From: a virus | Lineage: Duplodnaviria > Caudoviricetes | IMG/VR virus record: IMGVR_UViG_3300005326_000059 | Span: 1 to 50,341 of that record | Reading direction: 5' to 3' (one strand) | Length of the DNA: 50,341 bases | Shown here: positions 37,678-47,007 of the stretch, one piece after another | Position numbering within the stretch: position 1 is the stretch's first letter | How the letters are laid out: the number at the start of each line of letters is the position of its first letter | The notes under the pieces: model-generated | What the model saw: only the letters and a program-made list of their open reading frames with translations | What the model was told of the DNA's origin: nothing | The model's database searches: none | Translations under genes and position numbers: made by a program

Positions 37678-39636
37678 TTAAGATTTAACGAATAGCTTGA
37701 ATTGCTCAGGGGACTTGTATCGGATAGCGTGCTGCCAATGAGTTCCATTATTGTCGACATACCTATAAACGCCACTACCATCAATCTTTTTAAGCAAACC
37801 AATGACAGCCATGTCTCTGTTATTTGCATCCCAAAATATAGCTAGCTCACCAGTCTCAGCAGGCTCTTCTCTTGGTAATAGGTGGAAAATAAGATTCTCT
37901 TTATCCCATATCATGCTAAGCTCTGACTTGATGGCATCAAGGATTAATTTTTCCTCCGCAGCGTTTGCAAGCCTAGCGTTATGATTTAGGGGCTTGTCCC
38001 AAGAAGTATGTAAATATTGGTCTTTAAGAGTATAAATAGCCCTAGGACTATTTGCCCCTACTATCTGAATGAGTGCAGGTGTAGTGCTATCTTCGGGCTG
38101 ATAAACAATGTCTCCATCCTTGAATTTTGGAACCTCAACTAGCTCTTTGCCGTCAAAAACAACATTCTTTTCTTCTAGCAATAGTCTATCTAAATGCTCT
38201 ATTTGCTCAGGTGTAGCGGGAATTATCGGTGCGCCATGCAGGGTTCCACCGCGAGCGGAGATGTAGTCGTCGTGTAGTGTGCCTGCCGCAATAGTCACAT
38301 GATTACATTCAGTGGTTTTATCGAAAATAAAAGTCCAAGGGTATTTACATACTCCCTGATGAACATAATCCCCAAACTGCGGCTCCCATTTTTCTAACTT
38401 GTCCTCGGGATAATCGGAATACACTCTCTTGCCATAAGCATCATTAAGCGTATAAGAGAAGCCAAAGGTCTTATGATGATTCGTTTGCCTAACAATATAC
38501 TTGTCGGAGTTATCTTTTTTGCGTGTAGACCCGATGATTCTGACCCATGTGCCGTCATTAAACTTAGGTTCTGGTTTCGTAGGAGCGGATTCAAGTTCTA
38601 CCCCGTTAAATACAAGACCATCTTCATCTAGCAATAACTCATCAAGAGCCGCTACTTGCTCAGGGGTAGCAGGTTTCATCGCATAGCTCATAGGTATGCC
38701 GCCATTTGAGTCTGAGCTAATATATTTATCAATAGGAGTGCTCTCTACTATACTTCTTACATACTCCTTATCTATCGAATCAAATATCCTGACCCATTCA
38801 TATTCATTGGCGTTCTGCACAATGTAGTCCCCTCTTCTTGGAACCCACTTCTCAAGTTGACCCTCAGTGTAATAAGTCGAAGCCTCACCATTGATTCGTT
38901 CTAGCAAGTAGATAAAGTCACAGCTAGCATCGCTCCATTTATAAGATAGTATGCGGTATTTATCCCAATTAAATTTCGAGACAGGACAGCCCTTGAGCCT
39001 CACCCAATCTCCTACCTTAAATTTAGGCTCTCTTTTCGGTAGTGCTTCAATAGCAACCCTTAGGCTTTCTATCATTGCTGAAATAGCGTCGGTAGATTGT
39101 ATTGAGAATGACAATACAGACTTCTCGGGAGCTTTAGGCTCATCATCCATCATCCAAGTTCTAATCATCTGCCTAGATAGCTCCGCACCTCTCATAAACT
39201 TAATGTAGCTATCGCTACTACCCCACATACCGACTCTCTTTAGAAAGTCTAAAATCTCCTCCCTATCTAGCTTGCGGGTGTAATCAAATAGTGCAAGGTT
39301 GGTATTGTTAGAACCAACACACACGCGCTCTTTCTTGTCAAGATACAGCTCCCCATATCTAGGCGATGGGCTATCGGTCATAGCGGCTAAAGCTAGGAAG
39401 GCGTTTGATGAGAAGCTTTCAATGAAATAACGGCTGTGATTAGTTCTTGCGCCCATTAATAAATTAATCAAGTCTCCCATATCGCCTGCAAAGTTATTAA
39501 CCAAAACTAAGTCTTCTGAATCAGAAAAGTTAAAGCTTGGGTTAATATTATATCCCATTTTCTCTAGCGGCTTCTTTAAAAAATTGTTGAATTGTTCTAC
39601 GCTGCACGGCATAGAAACTGCTTGTGTAAATCCCAT
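37678..39636 (-). CDS. Large modular repeat protein (SH3-like units)
   Basis: KFKVGDWVR units, PATPEQ units, C-terminal GELAIFWD domain. Confidence 0.7.
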   Translation of the reverse strand: MGFTQAVSMPCSVEQFNNFLKKPLEKMGYNINPSFNFSDSEDLVLVNNFAGDMGDLINLLMGARTNHSRYFIESFSSNAFLALAAMTDSPSPRYGELYLDKKERVCVGSNNTNLALFDYTRKLDREEILDFLKRVGMWGSSDSYIKFMRGAELSRQMIRTWMMDDEPKAPEKSVLSFSIQSTDAISAMIESLRVAIEALPKREPKFKVGDWVRLKGCPVSKFNWDKYRILSYKWSDASCDFIYLLERINGEASTYYTEGQLEKWVPRRGDYIVQNANEYEWVRIFDSIDKEYVRSIVESTPIDKYISSDSNGGIPMSYAMKPATPEQVAALDELLLDEDGLVFNGVELESAPTKPEPKFNDGTWVRIIGSTRKKDNSDKYIVRQTNHHKTFGFSYTLNDAYGKRVYSDYPEDKLEKWEPQFGDYVHQGVCKYPWTFIFDKTTECNHVTIAAGTLHDDYISARGGTLHGAPIIPATPEQIEHLDRLLLEEKNVVFDGKELVEVPKFKDGDIVYQPEDSTTPALIQIVGANSPRAIYTLKDQYLHTSWDKPLNHNARLANAAEEKLILDAIKSELSMIWDKENLIFHLLPREEPAETGELAIFWDANNRDMAVIGLLKKIDGSGVYRYVDNNGTHWQHAIRYKSPEQFKLFVKS

Positions 39637-39637
39637 T

Positions 39638-40222
39638 TTAATATTCTTTTAAAGTTATTTCTTCTTTGAAAATTCTGAAACCACGCTCTTTTAGCACGGC
39701 AATTAGTTCTTCGTCAGGGATGCAATCAATATCGCACTTAGTATTTATGTTCCCTAGCTCAGCGACAAGCTCTTCGTAAGTGGCTTTACGGAAGGTTGCT
39801 ACAAAAGCTGCGTAAGAATATCCATTTTCATCACCCTCGTCGTCAATGAGCATCGGGGTTTCATCGTTATAAAAACCGATAGTCTTATACATCTTCCCTT
39901 TGGTAAAGGATGAGCTATCGCATGAAACGCACATCCAATACTCTCCGTATCCGCCAAGCTCTTTATCTGTCATAGCCGCAAGAGCCGAGGCTAGAGTGGC
40001 ATTGAATTTAGGAATAAGTGTGCGATTATGATATTTAAGGTCTTTTGAGCCCGTATTAGATACATACCCATTCACACCCATAATATTATTTGTTAGGAAA
40101 CAATAATAAACATCTCCCCGACTAAAACAGTATTCCTTATAACCCATTTTAGACATTTCTTCTTTAAGAAATTCATCATATTGAGCCTCAGTACAAGGCA
40201 TTAAAAAATTTTTAGCAAACAT
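39638..40222 (-). CDS. Paralogue of the N-terminal domain of 37678-39636
   Basis: Shared MPC...Q...FLK...KMGY...NN...ALAAMTD...YGE. Confidence 0.7.
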   Translation of the reverse strand: MFAKNFLMPCTEAQYDEFLKEEMSKMGYKEYCFSRGDVYYCFLTNNIMGVNGYVSNTGSKDLKYHNRTLIPKFNATLASALAAMTDKELGGYGEYWMCVSCDSSSFTKGKMYKTIGFYNDETPMLIDDEGDENGYSYAAFVATFRKATYEELVAELGNINTKCDIDCIPDEELIAVLKERGFRIFKEEITLKEY

Positions 40223-40225
40223 ATT

Positions 40226-40489
40226 TTATTGTTTTTGTTTTTCAATAACTTCAATGATATTAATATTAGGCGGAAAGTCCATATCAATGACTCCCGTATA
40301 AAAAACCTTACCATCCGCACTAAGTAGGGTGTATTTATTGCCCCCCATAAAACCATACCCGCTATGAACTGCGGTTATAGGCTTTTGAGAGGAGCTAATC
40401 CAATCTATTGCGGCCTTGTTGTTCTCCTCGTAAGAGCACGATACCATGAGTAATACCCATAGTGTAAAAAAGATGATTTTCTTTAGCAT
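40226..40489 (-). CDS. Putative lipoprotein
   Basis: MLKK, hydrophobic stretch, then MVSC lipobox-like motif. Confidence 0.6.
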   Translation of the reverse strand: MLKKIIFFTLWVLLMVSCSYEENNKAAIDWISSSQKPITAVHSGYGFMGGNKYTLLSADGKVFYTGVIDMDFPPNINIIEVIEKQKQ

Positions 40490-41103
40490 GGCAGTGATTT
40501 TAAAAATGTGTATGCCTTGTGATATTTCTCTAGTCGGTCAATATCTGCCTGCCTTAACTCTGGAAGACGAGCGACATTCATATTATCCTCTAAGTCTCGA
40601 ATCTTGACATAAACAGCCATAGGATTCGTGCTTAATCGGTGGATATAGTCTCCGTAAGTCTCCGATTTTAGCTTAGTCAGAGCAACTACCGCATCAACGA
40701 TATCCGTGCGAAATCCCGCCCTCAACATCTGCTCATCTACCGAAGTATCCTCAATTATGTCGTGCAGCAATGCTACTATCCTGCTGGGCATGTTATAGCA
40801 CTTGTCGGAAACTCTTTTTAAGTGTCCAAAATAAGGATTCCCCTGCTTATCTACTTGACCATTATGTGAGACTTCTGCTAAATCGCGAGCCATCCCATAT
40901 TGTTCAGATAGTATAATTTCGTCAAAGTAAACATTAAACTCTTCATCGGTCTTGAAGTGAAAAATACCATCACCGCCGAAGATAGATGTCTTATAGATAT
41001 GAGTCACTCCGTCCCCATCTATCCGAGCAAATACCTCTTTTTCTGGAATCCCCTTTATCCGTGCAATATCATTCATTGCATTGCGTAAAAAACTAATTTC
41101 CAT
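40483..41103 (-). CDS. HD-domain hydrolase (SpoT/Mesh1-like)
   Basis: H.GQ.DK.G.PY..H, ALLHDIIEDT, V.ALTK and VK..DLEDN. Confidence 0.85.
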   Translation of the reverse strand: MEISFLRNAMNDIARIKGIPEKEVFARIDGDGVTHIYKTSIFGGDGIFHFKTDEEFNVYFDEIILSEQYGMARDLAEVSHNGQVDKQGNPYFGHLKRVSDKCYNMPSRIVALLHDIIEDTSVDEQMLRAGFRTDIVDAVVALTKLKSETYGDYIHRLSTNPMAVYVKIRDLEDNMNVARLPELRQADIDRLEKYHKAYTFLKSLPC

Positions 41104-41269
41104 TTGTTACCTCCTTGTTTTTATATTCAAAAAATGCGTATATCAAGCCACTTTCGCTATAATTAGCCAAGGGCTCTGTTAGTATTTCCAGCTCATCGTC
41201 ACATTTGTCAATAGCTAGTTCAATAGTATCAACATCCTTGGCAACTATCATTCGGATTAATACACACAT
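41093..41269 (-). CDS. 58-aa hypothetical protein (not in track)
   Basis: MCVLIRMIVAKDVDTIELAIDK...; fills the gap. Confidence 0.5.
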   Translation of the reverse strand: MCVLIRMIVAKDVDTIELAIDKCDDELEILTEPLANYSESGLIYAFFEYKNKEVTNGN

Positions 41270-41274
41270 AATTG

Positions 41275-41517
41275 TTACTTTTTAAATTTACTTTCCACTT
41301 GCTTCCGTTTACTTCTGATATTCTCCATTATCCTTCGGGAAACTCCCCTAAATAAGAAAGAGCACAAGAGTAAGAAGAGTGATAAGATTATTATAGCAAC
41401 TTGGTCGGCTGTTAGCTTATGTACAAAGAACAATAATAGGCTTACAATGACAAATATCAAGATTGCTATGATAAACGCTATCACCCATTCCAAAAAACCA
41501 TTCCAAAACTTTTTCAT
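41275..41517 (-). CDS. Two-TM membrane protein
   Basis: Two hydrophobic helices after MKKFWNG. Confidence 0.6.
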   Translation of the reverse strand: MKKFWNGFLEWVIAFIIAILIFVIVSLLLFFVHKLTADQVAIIILSLFLLLCSFLFRGVSRRIMENIRSKRKQVESKFKK

Positions 41518-41518
41518 T

Positions 41519-41836
41519 TTATAAATTTGCTTTTCTAATGTTATTAATTTTATCATCTAGCAACTTTCTTTTTGCCCTATAAATAGTTAGCCTACTTGGG
41601 CGCAGATTGCTAAGTTCCCCCTCATCATAAAGACAGAACGAACCGTATGGGTGATTGCTAATCCATATCGTAGCGCTGCCTAGCTTGGCTGTGTAAGGAC
41701 TAATAGGGACAAAGCAATTCTTGGCCATAAGTTCATTAATGAGCTTATCAACTCCTTTGTCATATTTATTATTCATAGTCCAATAAGAGGGCATAAATAG
41801 AAATAAAAAGAGGCTTTTAATTATATTTTTCATCAC
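41519..41836 (-). CDS. Hypothetical protein
   Basis: ORF track. Confidence 0.6.
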   Translation of the reverse strand: MMKNIIKSLFLFLFMPSYWTMNNKYDKGVDKLINELMAKNCFVPISPYTAKLGSATIWISNHPYGSFCLYDEGELSNLRPSRLTIYRAKRKLLDDKINNIRKANL

Positions 41837-42048
41837 ATTACTCGGTTAAATTCTTTTCCGCATCTCAAACATACTCCATCTTTCTTTAGATGGCCATAAA
41901 ACAACCAACACCAAAACTTAAAGAGTCTCGAGTGTTGTTCAGATATAGCCCTCTCATCATCTGAAAGGGCTACTTTATCACTCTCGTATATCTCGGTCAC
42001 TAGGTCAATGACCCTCTGTTTCCCGAGCTCCGTATCTAGGTATCTCAT
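41833..42048 (-). CDS. Hypothetical protein with C-H-CxxC motif
   Basis: CWLFYGH...CLRCGK. Confidence 0.55.
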   Translation of the reverse strand: MRYLDTELGKQRVIDLVTEIYESDKVALSDDERAISEQHSRLFKFWCWLFYGHLKKDGVCLRCGKEFNRVM

Positions 42049-42053
42049 AGATT

Positions 42054-43721
42054 TTATTTTACTTTCCCTAGGTATGAATTGATGGAATCTATCGGGTTAG
42101 CAAACTTATAAAGGATGCCATTAGCAGACTGATAGCCAATTACATAATCATTCTCCTGAACAACCTTCCTGACTACTGATATAATAGCCATACTAATCTC
42201 TCCATCGTGGAGCATGTATGCCTTACCAACCTCTGTAATGGGCTTAAGAACCTTGTCTTTCGCATCCCAAATAAGACCCTCGGCCTCTAGCGCGGAATTA
42301 AAGACATTTATCTCTTCTTGAGTTGCCTTGCGAAGAACGACGATGTTTTCATCTATCGTGCAATTCCCATCGCTATCCTTGTGGAAAGAGCGAGTAAGTA
42401 GGCTAAATGATACATACCTACGGGTTCTTACTCCTCCATCTTGCTTGATAGCAATAAAGCGAAATCCCCCCTCTTCCTCCACATAAAAATATTCTCCATC
42501 CTTAGGCTCTTGGTTAGGGTCTTCTATTTTTTCGCACCAATCCGCATTATAAGTCCAACCTTTGTCAGCCAATAGGTATCCGTTATCGTCTATCTCTCGC
42601 ACCTTCATGGCTTTGCCGTCAAAAGCATTCATGCTTGAAACCCATTTAGGGTCTTGATTTTTATTGTTTGGCTTGTGCGGGATAAACCAATCCCCAACTT
42701 TAAACTTTGGCAAATCACAAAGCTCTTTCTTTTCAGGGCTCCACACTAGGCCTTCTGCTTTAAGTGCTGAGTCGATTTTTCCAATCTCTTCTTGAGTTGC
42801 AGGACGCAGCTTATCACCATATTGATACCCGAATGATTGGCGAAGATGTGCGCGCCCATCAAAGTCTATATGTATATGCGCCCCGAGGCCACCATCCTCA
42901 CGCCTAACAATGCCATTACTAATAGCGAGTATAGGTCTCGGCATCCAATTAGTAACCAATGCAAAGTAATCGCCGTTGCTCGGGTTGTAGATTGTAGATA
43001 AGATTTCTTTTTTATCAGCATCCCAAAACTTATAAGTCTTAGTAAGCTCATTGTTTAGCGCACCTCTCTCTTCGTTGGTAGCGGGGCGGATGATATCGTC
43101 CACTAGGAAGCCGCAAGATTCGTCGATATGCAGTTCTCCCGTAGTGCCTATAAGCGCATAGCATCTAATCAAGCCCGAGCCCCCAAAACTCTTAAAAATG
43201 CCCGTGATTTTCTCCCCCTTAACGCCGATAGTAGTGAAATATTCGCCGTCTTTAGGCTCGTACTTAGGTATTACGGATAGAGTAGAGGCATCCCAAACCT
43301 TACCATGTTTCGCAAGGACTTCGTTGAACATCCTGCGCTCTTGAGATGTAGCAGGTCTGATTTCTTTTATATTCTCATTCTTCGCGAACAAGCCTAGTTG
43401 CCAGAGCTCGTGGTCTTCAACAATCACATGTGCATAGCCCATCGCCTTTTGCTCGCCACCTTTTGCGATTGATATGGCAGAGTAATTTCTGCCCTTTGTG
43501 TAGATATACTCCCCATTTTTAGGGGTGTAATCTTTTATAAGTGCGTAGATAACAAATTCGCCATCTTTTCTGCCGCGCGACCCACAACAATTAGTCTCGC
43601 TGCAAGGCGAAGACATAAAGGCGCACCCAACACAACCATTACTTTTTACAACTCTCAGCATTTCGCCTTCGTGTTCAAAAATATCGCCAATAGGGCGATA
43701 TGAAATATTAACTTCTTTCAT
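42054..43721 (-). CDS. Modular repeat protein (four PxxGxYx...RxATxEE units); ATG at 43721 proposed
   Basis: Internal ~85-aa repeats; a promoter overlaps the track's TTG start. Confidence 0.7.
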   Translation of the reverse strand: MKEVNISYRPIGDIFEHEGEMLRVVKSNGCVGCAFMSSPCSETNCCGSRGRKDGEFVIYALIKDYTPKNGEYIYTKGRNYSAISIAKGGEQKAMGYAHVIVEDHELWQLGLFAKNENIKEIRPATSQERRMFNEVLAKHGKVWDASTLSVIPKYEPKDGEYFTTIGVKGEKITGIFKSFGGSGLIRCYALIGTTGELHIDESCGFLVDDIIRPATNEERGALNNELTKTYKFWDADKKEILSTIYNPSNGDYFALVTNWMPRPILAISNGIVRREDGGLGAHIHIDFDGRAHLRQSFGYQYGDKLRPATQEEIGKIDSALKAEGLVWSPEKKELCDLPKFKVGDWFIPHKPNNKNQDPKWVSSMNAFDGKAMKVREIDDNGYLLADKGWTYNADWCEKIEDPNQEPKDGEYFYVEEEGGFRFIAIKQDGGVRTRRYVSFSLLTRSFHKDSDGNCTIDENIVVLRKATQEEINVFNSALEAEGLIWDAKDKVLKPITEVGKAYMLHDGEISMAIISVVRKVVQENDYVIGYQSANGILYKFANPIDSINSYLGKVK

Positions 43722-43751
43722 CTTACATCTTAAAATTAGTTTAAAATTATA

Positions 43752-43783
43752 CAAATGTATTAACAAATTGTTGTCCGTCCAAA
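43752..43783 (-). promoter_or_regulatory. Bacteroidota-type promoter
   Basis: TTTG-N20-TACATTTG on -. Confidence 0.55.
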
Positions 43784-43850
43784 TTTATTTTACTCCCTCG
43801 AACAGACTTTTCAAAAACATTAGAATGTAAATAACAATAGAATCCATTTT

Positions 43851-44534
43851 TTAGTCTTTAAAATATTCAAAATCATATCTCCTTGACCATAAAGAAAAGG
43901 CCGTACCGCGAGAGAATAATTTGTTGGTAGAGGTGCGGAAACCCCAATAGTTCAATTCAGATGCAACCTCATCCCACTTCGGTGCTCGGTCGAGCATCAT
44001 CATTCGTATAAGGGCTAAGGCGCGGCGGTTGTTATCATTCGCCTCAGCCTTGGCCTTTCTAGCCGCAACAGAAGCCTCAATAGCTTTATCAAGTCCGATA
44101 CCCTCGGGATTGTTAATCCAAGCTCCTTCGCTCTCTTTTTTAGCCCTGAGAGCATCCTTTGTTCGACTAGAGATTTTCTCCCGTTCCTCTTGAGCCATGC
44201 CCGCCTTAACTGCAAAAAGCAAAGTGCTCTCGCTCGGCGACTCGACATCAAGAATTTCAATCTCCTTACGAATCTGGTGCAGGAATGAAGCATCACGGCC
44301 TAGTCGGTCTAGCTTTGAGAAGGCCAAGATAGCGCCCCTCTCCTTACATAGATTGACCGCCTTGGCTAGTTCAGGGCGCTCATCGTTTTTGCCCGACTCA
44401 ATCTCGACAAACTCCGCGATAATGGTTTTACCCTTTAACCACCTAGAGAGTGCCTCTTCTTGAGCCTCTAAACCAAGGCCGCTTTCGCCTTGTTTTTTTG
44501 TACTTACTCGTTTGTATGTTACATACTCTTTCAT
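43851..44534 (-). CDS. Serine recombinase (resolvase catalytic domain plus short C-terminal domain)
   Basis: Y.RVST..Q..SGLGLEAQ, ESGK...RPEL, KLDRLGR and ER..IS.RT. Confidence 0.88.
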   Translation of the reverse strand: MKEYVTYKRVSTKKQGESGLGLEAQEEALSRWLKGKTIIAEFVEIESGKNDERPELAKAVNLCKERGAILAFSKLDRLGRDASFLHQIRKEIEILDVESPSESTLLFAVKAGMAQEEREKISSRTKDALRAKKESEGAWINNPEGIGLDKAIEASVAARKAKAEANDNNRRALALIRMMMLDRAPKWDEVASELNYWGFRTSTNKLFSRGTAFSLWSRRYDFEYFKD

Positions 44535-44602
44535 CTCTGATGCTGATTATTAAAGTTAATATCAAGGCAGAAAATAAGCCGCCCATCACATAGAGCAGGC
44601 CA

Positions 44603-44899
44603 CTAAACCCGCCCATTACTCCTTGCATATTTACCGAAGCTAGTGATTTCATAGCCTAGTAGATTGCTAGCGCCGCCCAAGGGAGCCTCGTAGTTCTTCA
44701 AAAACATGTTAAAGGTTACGCCCCCTTCTGCAAAGCACTCTGCAACACCGCTAGTAGCGTCCTCGGTTATTATAGAGTATTTCTGAATAAGTTGCTTAAT
44801 AGCATTCTTTAGATATTCAGTTCTTCTCTTGTTGTATGCGTTGTTCAGATACACAAAGTACCAAACAACATTCTCGATTTTAGAAATTTCTCTCTCCAT
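44603..44899 (-). CDS. Hypothetical protein
   Basis: ORF track. Confidence 0.5.
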   Translation of the reverse strand: MEREISKIENVVWYFVYLNNAYNKRRTEYLKNAIKQLIQKYSIITEDATSGVAECFAEGGVTFNMFLKNYEAPLGGASNLLGYEITSFGKYARSNGRV

Positions 44900-45092
44900 T
44901 TTTATTATAGCTTACGCCAATGTTGTTAATTAGATTATCGAATTTTTCTATTACAGACGGATTTTCTGCCATCTTAAGAAAGCTTGTTAGCTCTTTGTCG
45001 CGCTCATTAAAAAAAGACTCTTTTCGTCCGTTACGGACTCTAACTCTTCCGTCGACCATCCCTTCGACCTCTATGTTTAAAATTTTTAACAT
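44880..45092 (-). CDS. Hypothetical protein
   Basis: ORF track. Confidence 0.5.
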   Translation of the reverse strand: MLKILNIEVEGMVDGRVRVRNGRKESFFNERDKELTSFLKMAENPSVIEKFDNLINNIGVSYNKNGERNF

Positions 45093-45221
45093 CTCTCGGT
45101 AAATTTATCAGGTTAATAAGCACCACGACCCCGAATATCACGCCACAAACTATGCTAATTTTGATTAAGAATAGTGTAGCGAGCGTAGCAACCAACACGA
45201 CGATAAATGTCGTTAAAACGC

Positions 45222-45506
45222 CTAAAAAAGCCCAAAGAACGAGTCTTTGTAAAAACCGCTTAATCTTCGATAGGGATATTCGGCTTCTCTCGTCTTTGTG
45301 TCAAACTGCTTGCTCAACATCTTACCACGCTCAAGGATGCAGTCAATCATGTTGTCAACGACTCCAAACTTGTTGCGGTAGAAGATAGGCTCATTTGGAT
45401 TGTCCTTATGTCGGATAATCGTCCATTTGCTAGTGCCGAAAACCTCTTTATAGACTTCCTGCTGCTGCTTTAAAATAGTAGCCTCTAAAATTTCTCTTTC
45501 ACTCAT
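45222..45506 (-). CDS. Hypothetical protein
   Basis: ORF track. Confidence 0.55.
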   Translation of the reverse strand: MSEREILEATILKQQQEVYKEVFGTSKWTIIRHKDNPNEPIFYRNKFGVVDNMIDCILERGKMLSKQFDTKTREAEYPYRRLSGFYKDSFFGLF

Positions 45507-45508
45507 CT

Positions 45509-46159
45509 TTAAATACTTATTAATTGTTCTGTTATGTCAGTCTTACTGATAATGTTTTTCACATCAAATACTACCTGATAATTGCCTATCAATGGAGCCT
45601 TGACTTCTATCTCATATACTCGCAACCCCCATTTTTTTACAAGCATTGTAAGTTCTGGCAGGGTAACCCATCGGCGCAATTCTTCAACATCAAAATAAGC
45701 ACACCTCCAGTCGCCTAGCAAAGACATAGCGAAAGGGTCAATCTCATCCATGTAAGGCGTTGGCATGGCTACATGCCTTTTTCTTATCGGGCTGAATGCT
45801 CTCTCGTATCTCTTGACTCTCTTATCGTCAGTCCAATAGTTCTTGCAGTGAAACATGCCGATTCCGCTCTCTGGGTCTTCTACTCTGCAAACATTCATTT
45901 TTATTGTCTTTAAGTTTTTAATAGATTGCTCCGCCCTCCACTCTCTAAAAGAGTAGGACACTTCGCTCCAAAAGTTATACCTAGACGAGCCTAGCTTTAC
46001 AAAGTAATCCTCAAACTCATAAGAGCAGAAAACCTTATTACGGCCTCCAAAAGTCTTTAAATCCGTTAAAAACAGAGTGACTAATCTCCTTTTTCGCAGA
46101 TAGCGCAACATCAAAGGTGTAAGATTAACCTTTGACTCAATACCTCTTTTCTTCGACAT
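45509..46159 (-). CDS. Hypothetical protein, C-terminal domain possibly ADP-ribosyltransferase-like
   Basis: CRVE..G.GM...P.P..D...CAY..EEL..W...G..QVVF. Confidence 0.45.
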   Translation of the reverse strand: MSKKRGIESKVNLTPLMLRYLRKRRLVTLFLTDLKTFGGRNKVFCSYEFEDYFVKLGSSRYNFWSEVSYSFREWRAEQSIKNLKTIKMNVCRVEDPESGIGMFHCKNYWTDDKRVKRYERAFSPIRKRHVAMPTPYMDEIDPFAMSLLGDWRCAYFDVEELRRWVTLPELTMLVKKWGLRVYEIEVKAPLIGNYQVVFDVKNIISKTDITEQLISI

Positions 46160-46180
46160 AACGATAATTGTTTTTGATTA

Positions 46181-46444
46181 TTAAGCCCTGACTTTCTTCG
46201 TCTTTTGTTTGTGCTTAGGTCTGAGAAGGCCTCTGTATCTCATATCCCGAGCAACGCGCTCAACAAAATCTTCTTTATTGCAGCACACACCAACGAAAAA
46301 CACCTTTTCGCCTCGGTAGTAAATAACTCCATCCTCATTACGAGTGTAATTATGCCCCTCTAGTTCAAACACACAAGAGAAACGCCCATTATCGGCGTCT
46401 CCCTTGGTGATAGTTGTTCTGGTTATGACTCTCTTGATATCCAT
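46181..46444 (-). CDS. Hypothetical protein
   Basis: ORF track. Confidence 0.55.
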   Translation of the reverse strand: MDIKRVITRTTITKGDADNGRFSCVFELEGHNYTRNEDGVIYYRGEKVFFVGVCCNKEDFVERVARDMRYRGLLRPKHKQKTKKVRA

Positions 46445-46446
46445 GA

Positions 46447-47007
46447 CTAGACTTCCTTGTTTTTATCTATCGAGTCTTGGAGCTGTTTGCAGATAAGAAA
46501 ATATTGGTGATATTCGGCTAATTGTTCCTCGGAATAACCATTTTCCCTACCTGCGTCTTGGCCTTCTGATAACCACCATTCGATTGTCTCTTTCTTGCAG
46601 CCCACATGAATAACATTTTTGCCATACCATAGAACGGAGTGCTTTGAGCCTGTGATAAAAATAGTTTTGGTGATAATTTCCTTGTCGCCGATTTCAGCAT
46701 AGTCGCCGATTTCAGCAGAGTTGCCGATTTCAGCATAGTTGCCGATTTTAGCAGAGTTGCCGATTTCAGCATAGTCGCCGATTTTAGCATAGTTGCCGAT
46801 TTCAGCATAGTTGCCGATTTTAGCATAGTTGCCGATTTTAGCAGAGTCGCCGATTTCAGCATAGTTGCCGATTTTAGCATAGTCGCCGATTTTAGCATAG
46901 TCGCCGATTATGATGCCTCTTTCATCCAATTCCCGCTTTGTCTCGCTTGCGTCAAAGTCAAAGCCTTTCCAACCCTCACCACGTACCCATAAATAAATTG
47001 TTTTCAT
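46447..47007 (-). CDS. Hexapeptide-repeat (left-handed beta-helix) protein
   Basis: 12.5 x IG[DN][YS]A[KE]; C-terminal VGC...EWW domain. Confidence 0.8.
   Translation of the reverse strand: MKTIYLWVRGEGWKGFDFDASETKRELDERGIIIGDYAKIGDYAKIGNYAEIGDSAKIGNYAKIGNYAEIGNYAKIGDYAEIGNSAKIGNYAEIGNSAEIGDYAEIGDKEIITKTIFITGSKHSVLWYGKNVIHVGCKKETIEWWLSEGQDAGRENGYSEEQLAEYHQYFLICKQLQDSIDKNKEV
46684..46908. repeat. 18-bp tandem repeat, ~12.5 copies
   Basis: Unit GT(T/C)GCCGATTT(T/C)AGCA(T/G)A. Confidence 0.95.

Noticed and set aside
37678-43766. Diversity-generating retroelement behind the repeated protein modules
   Set aside because: No reverse transcriptase in the window and no near-identical TR/VR pair differing at adenines; the repeats are visible only at protein level.
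43722-43766. TTG start for the 570-aa ORF
   Set aside because: Overlaps a consensus promoter; ATG at 43721 with an AT-rich leader fits better.
46518-46908. CRISPR array, or a second (MLKSAT)n protein
   Set aside because: Repeats are contiguous without spacers and no cas genes are present; the alternate frame is open only because the 18-bp unit has no stop.
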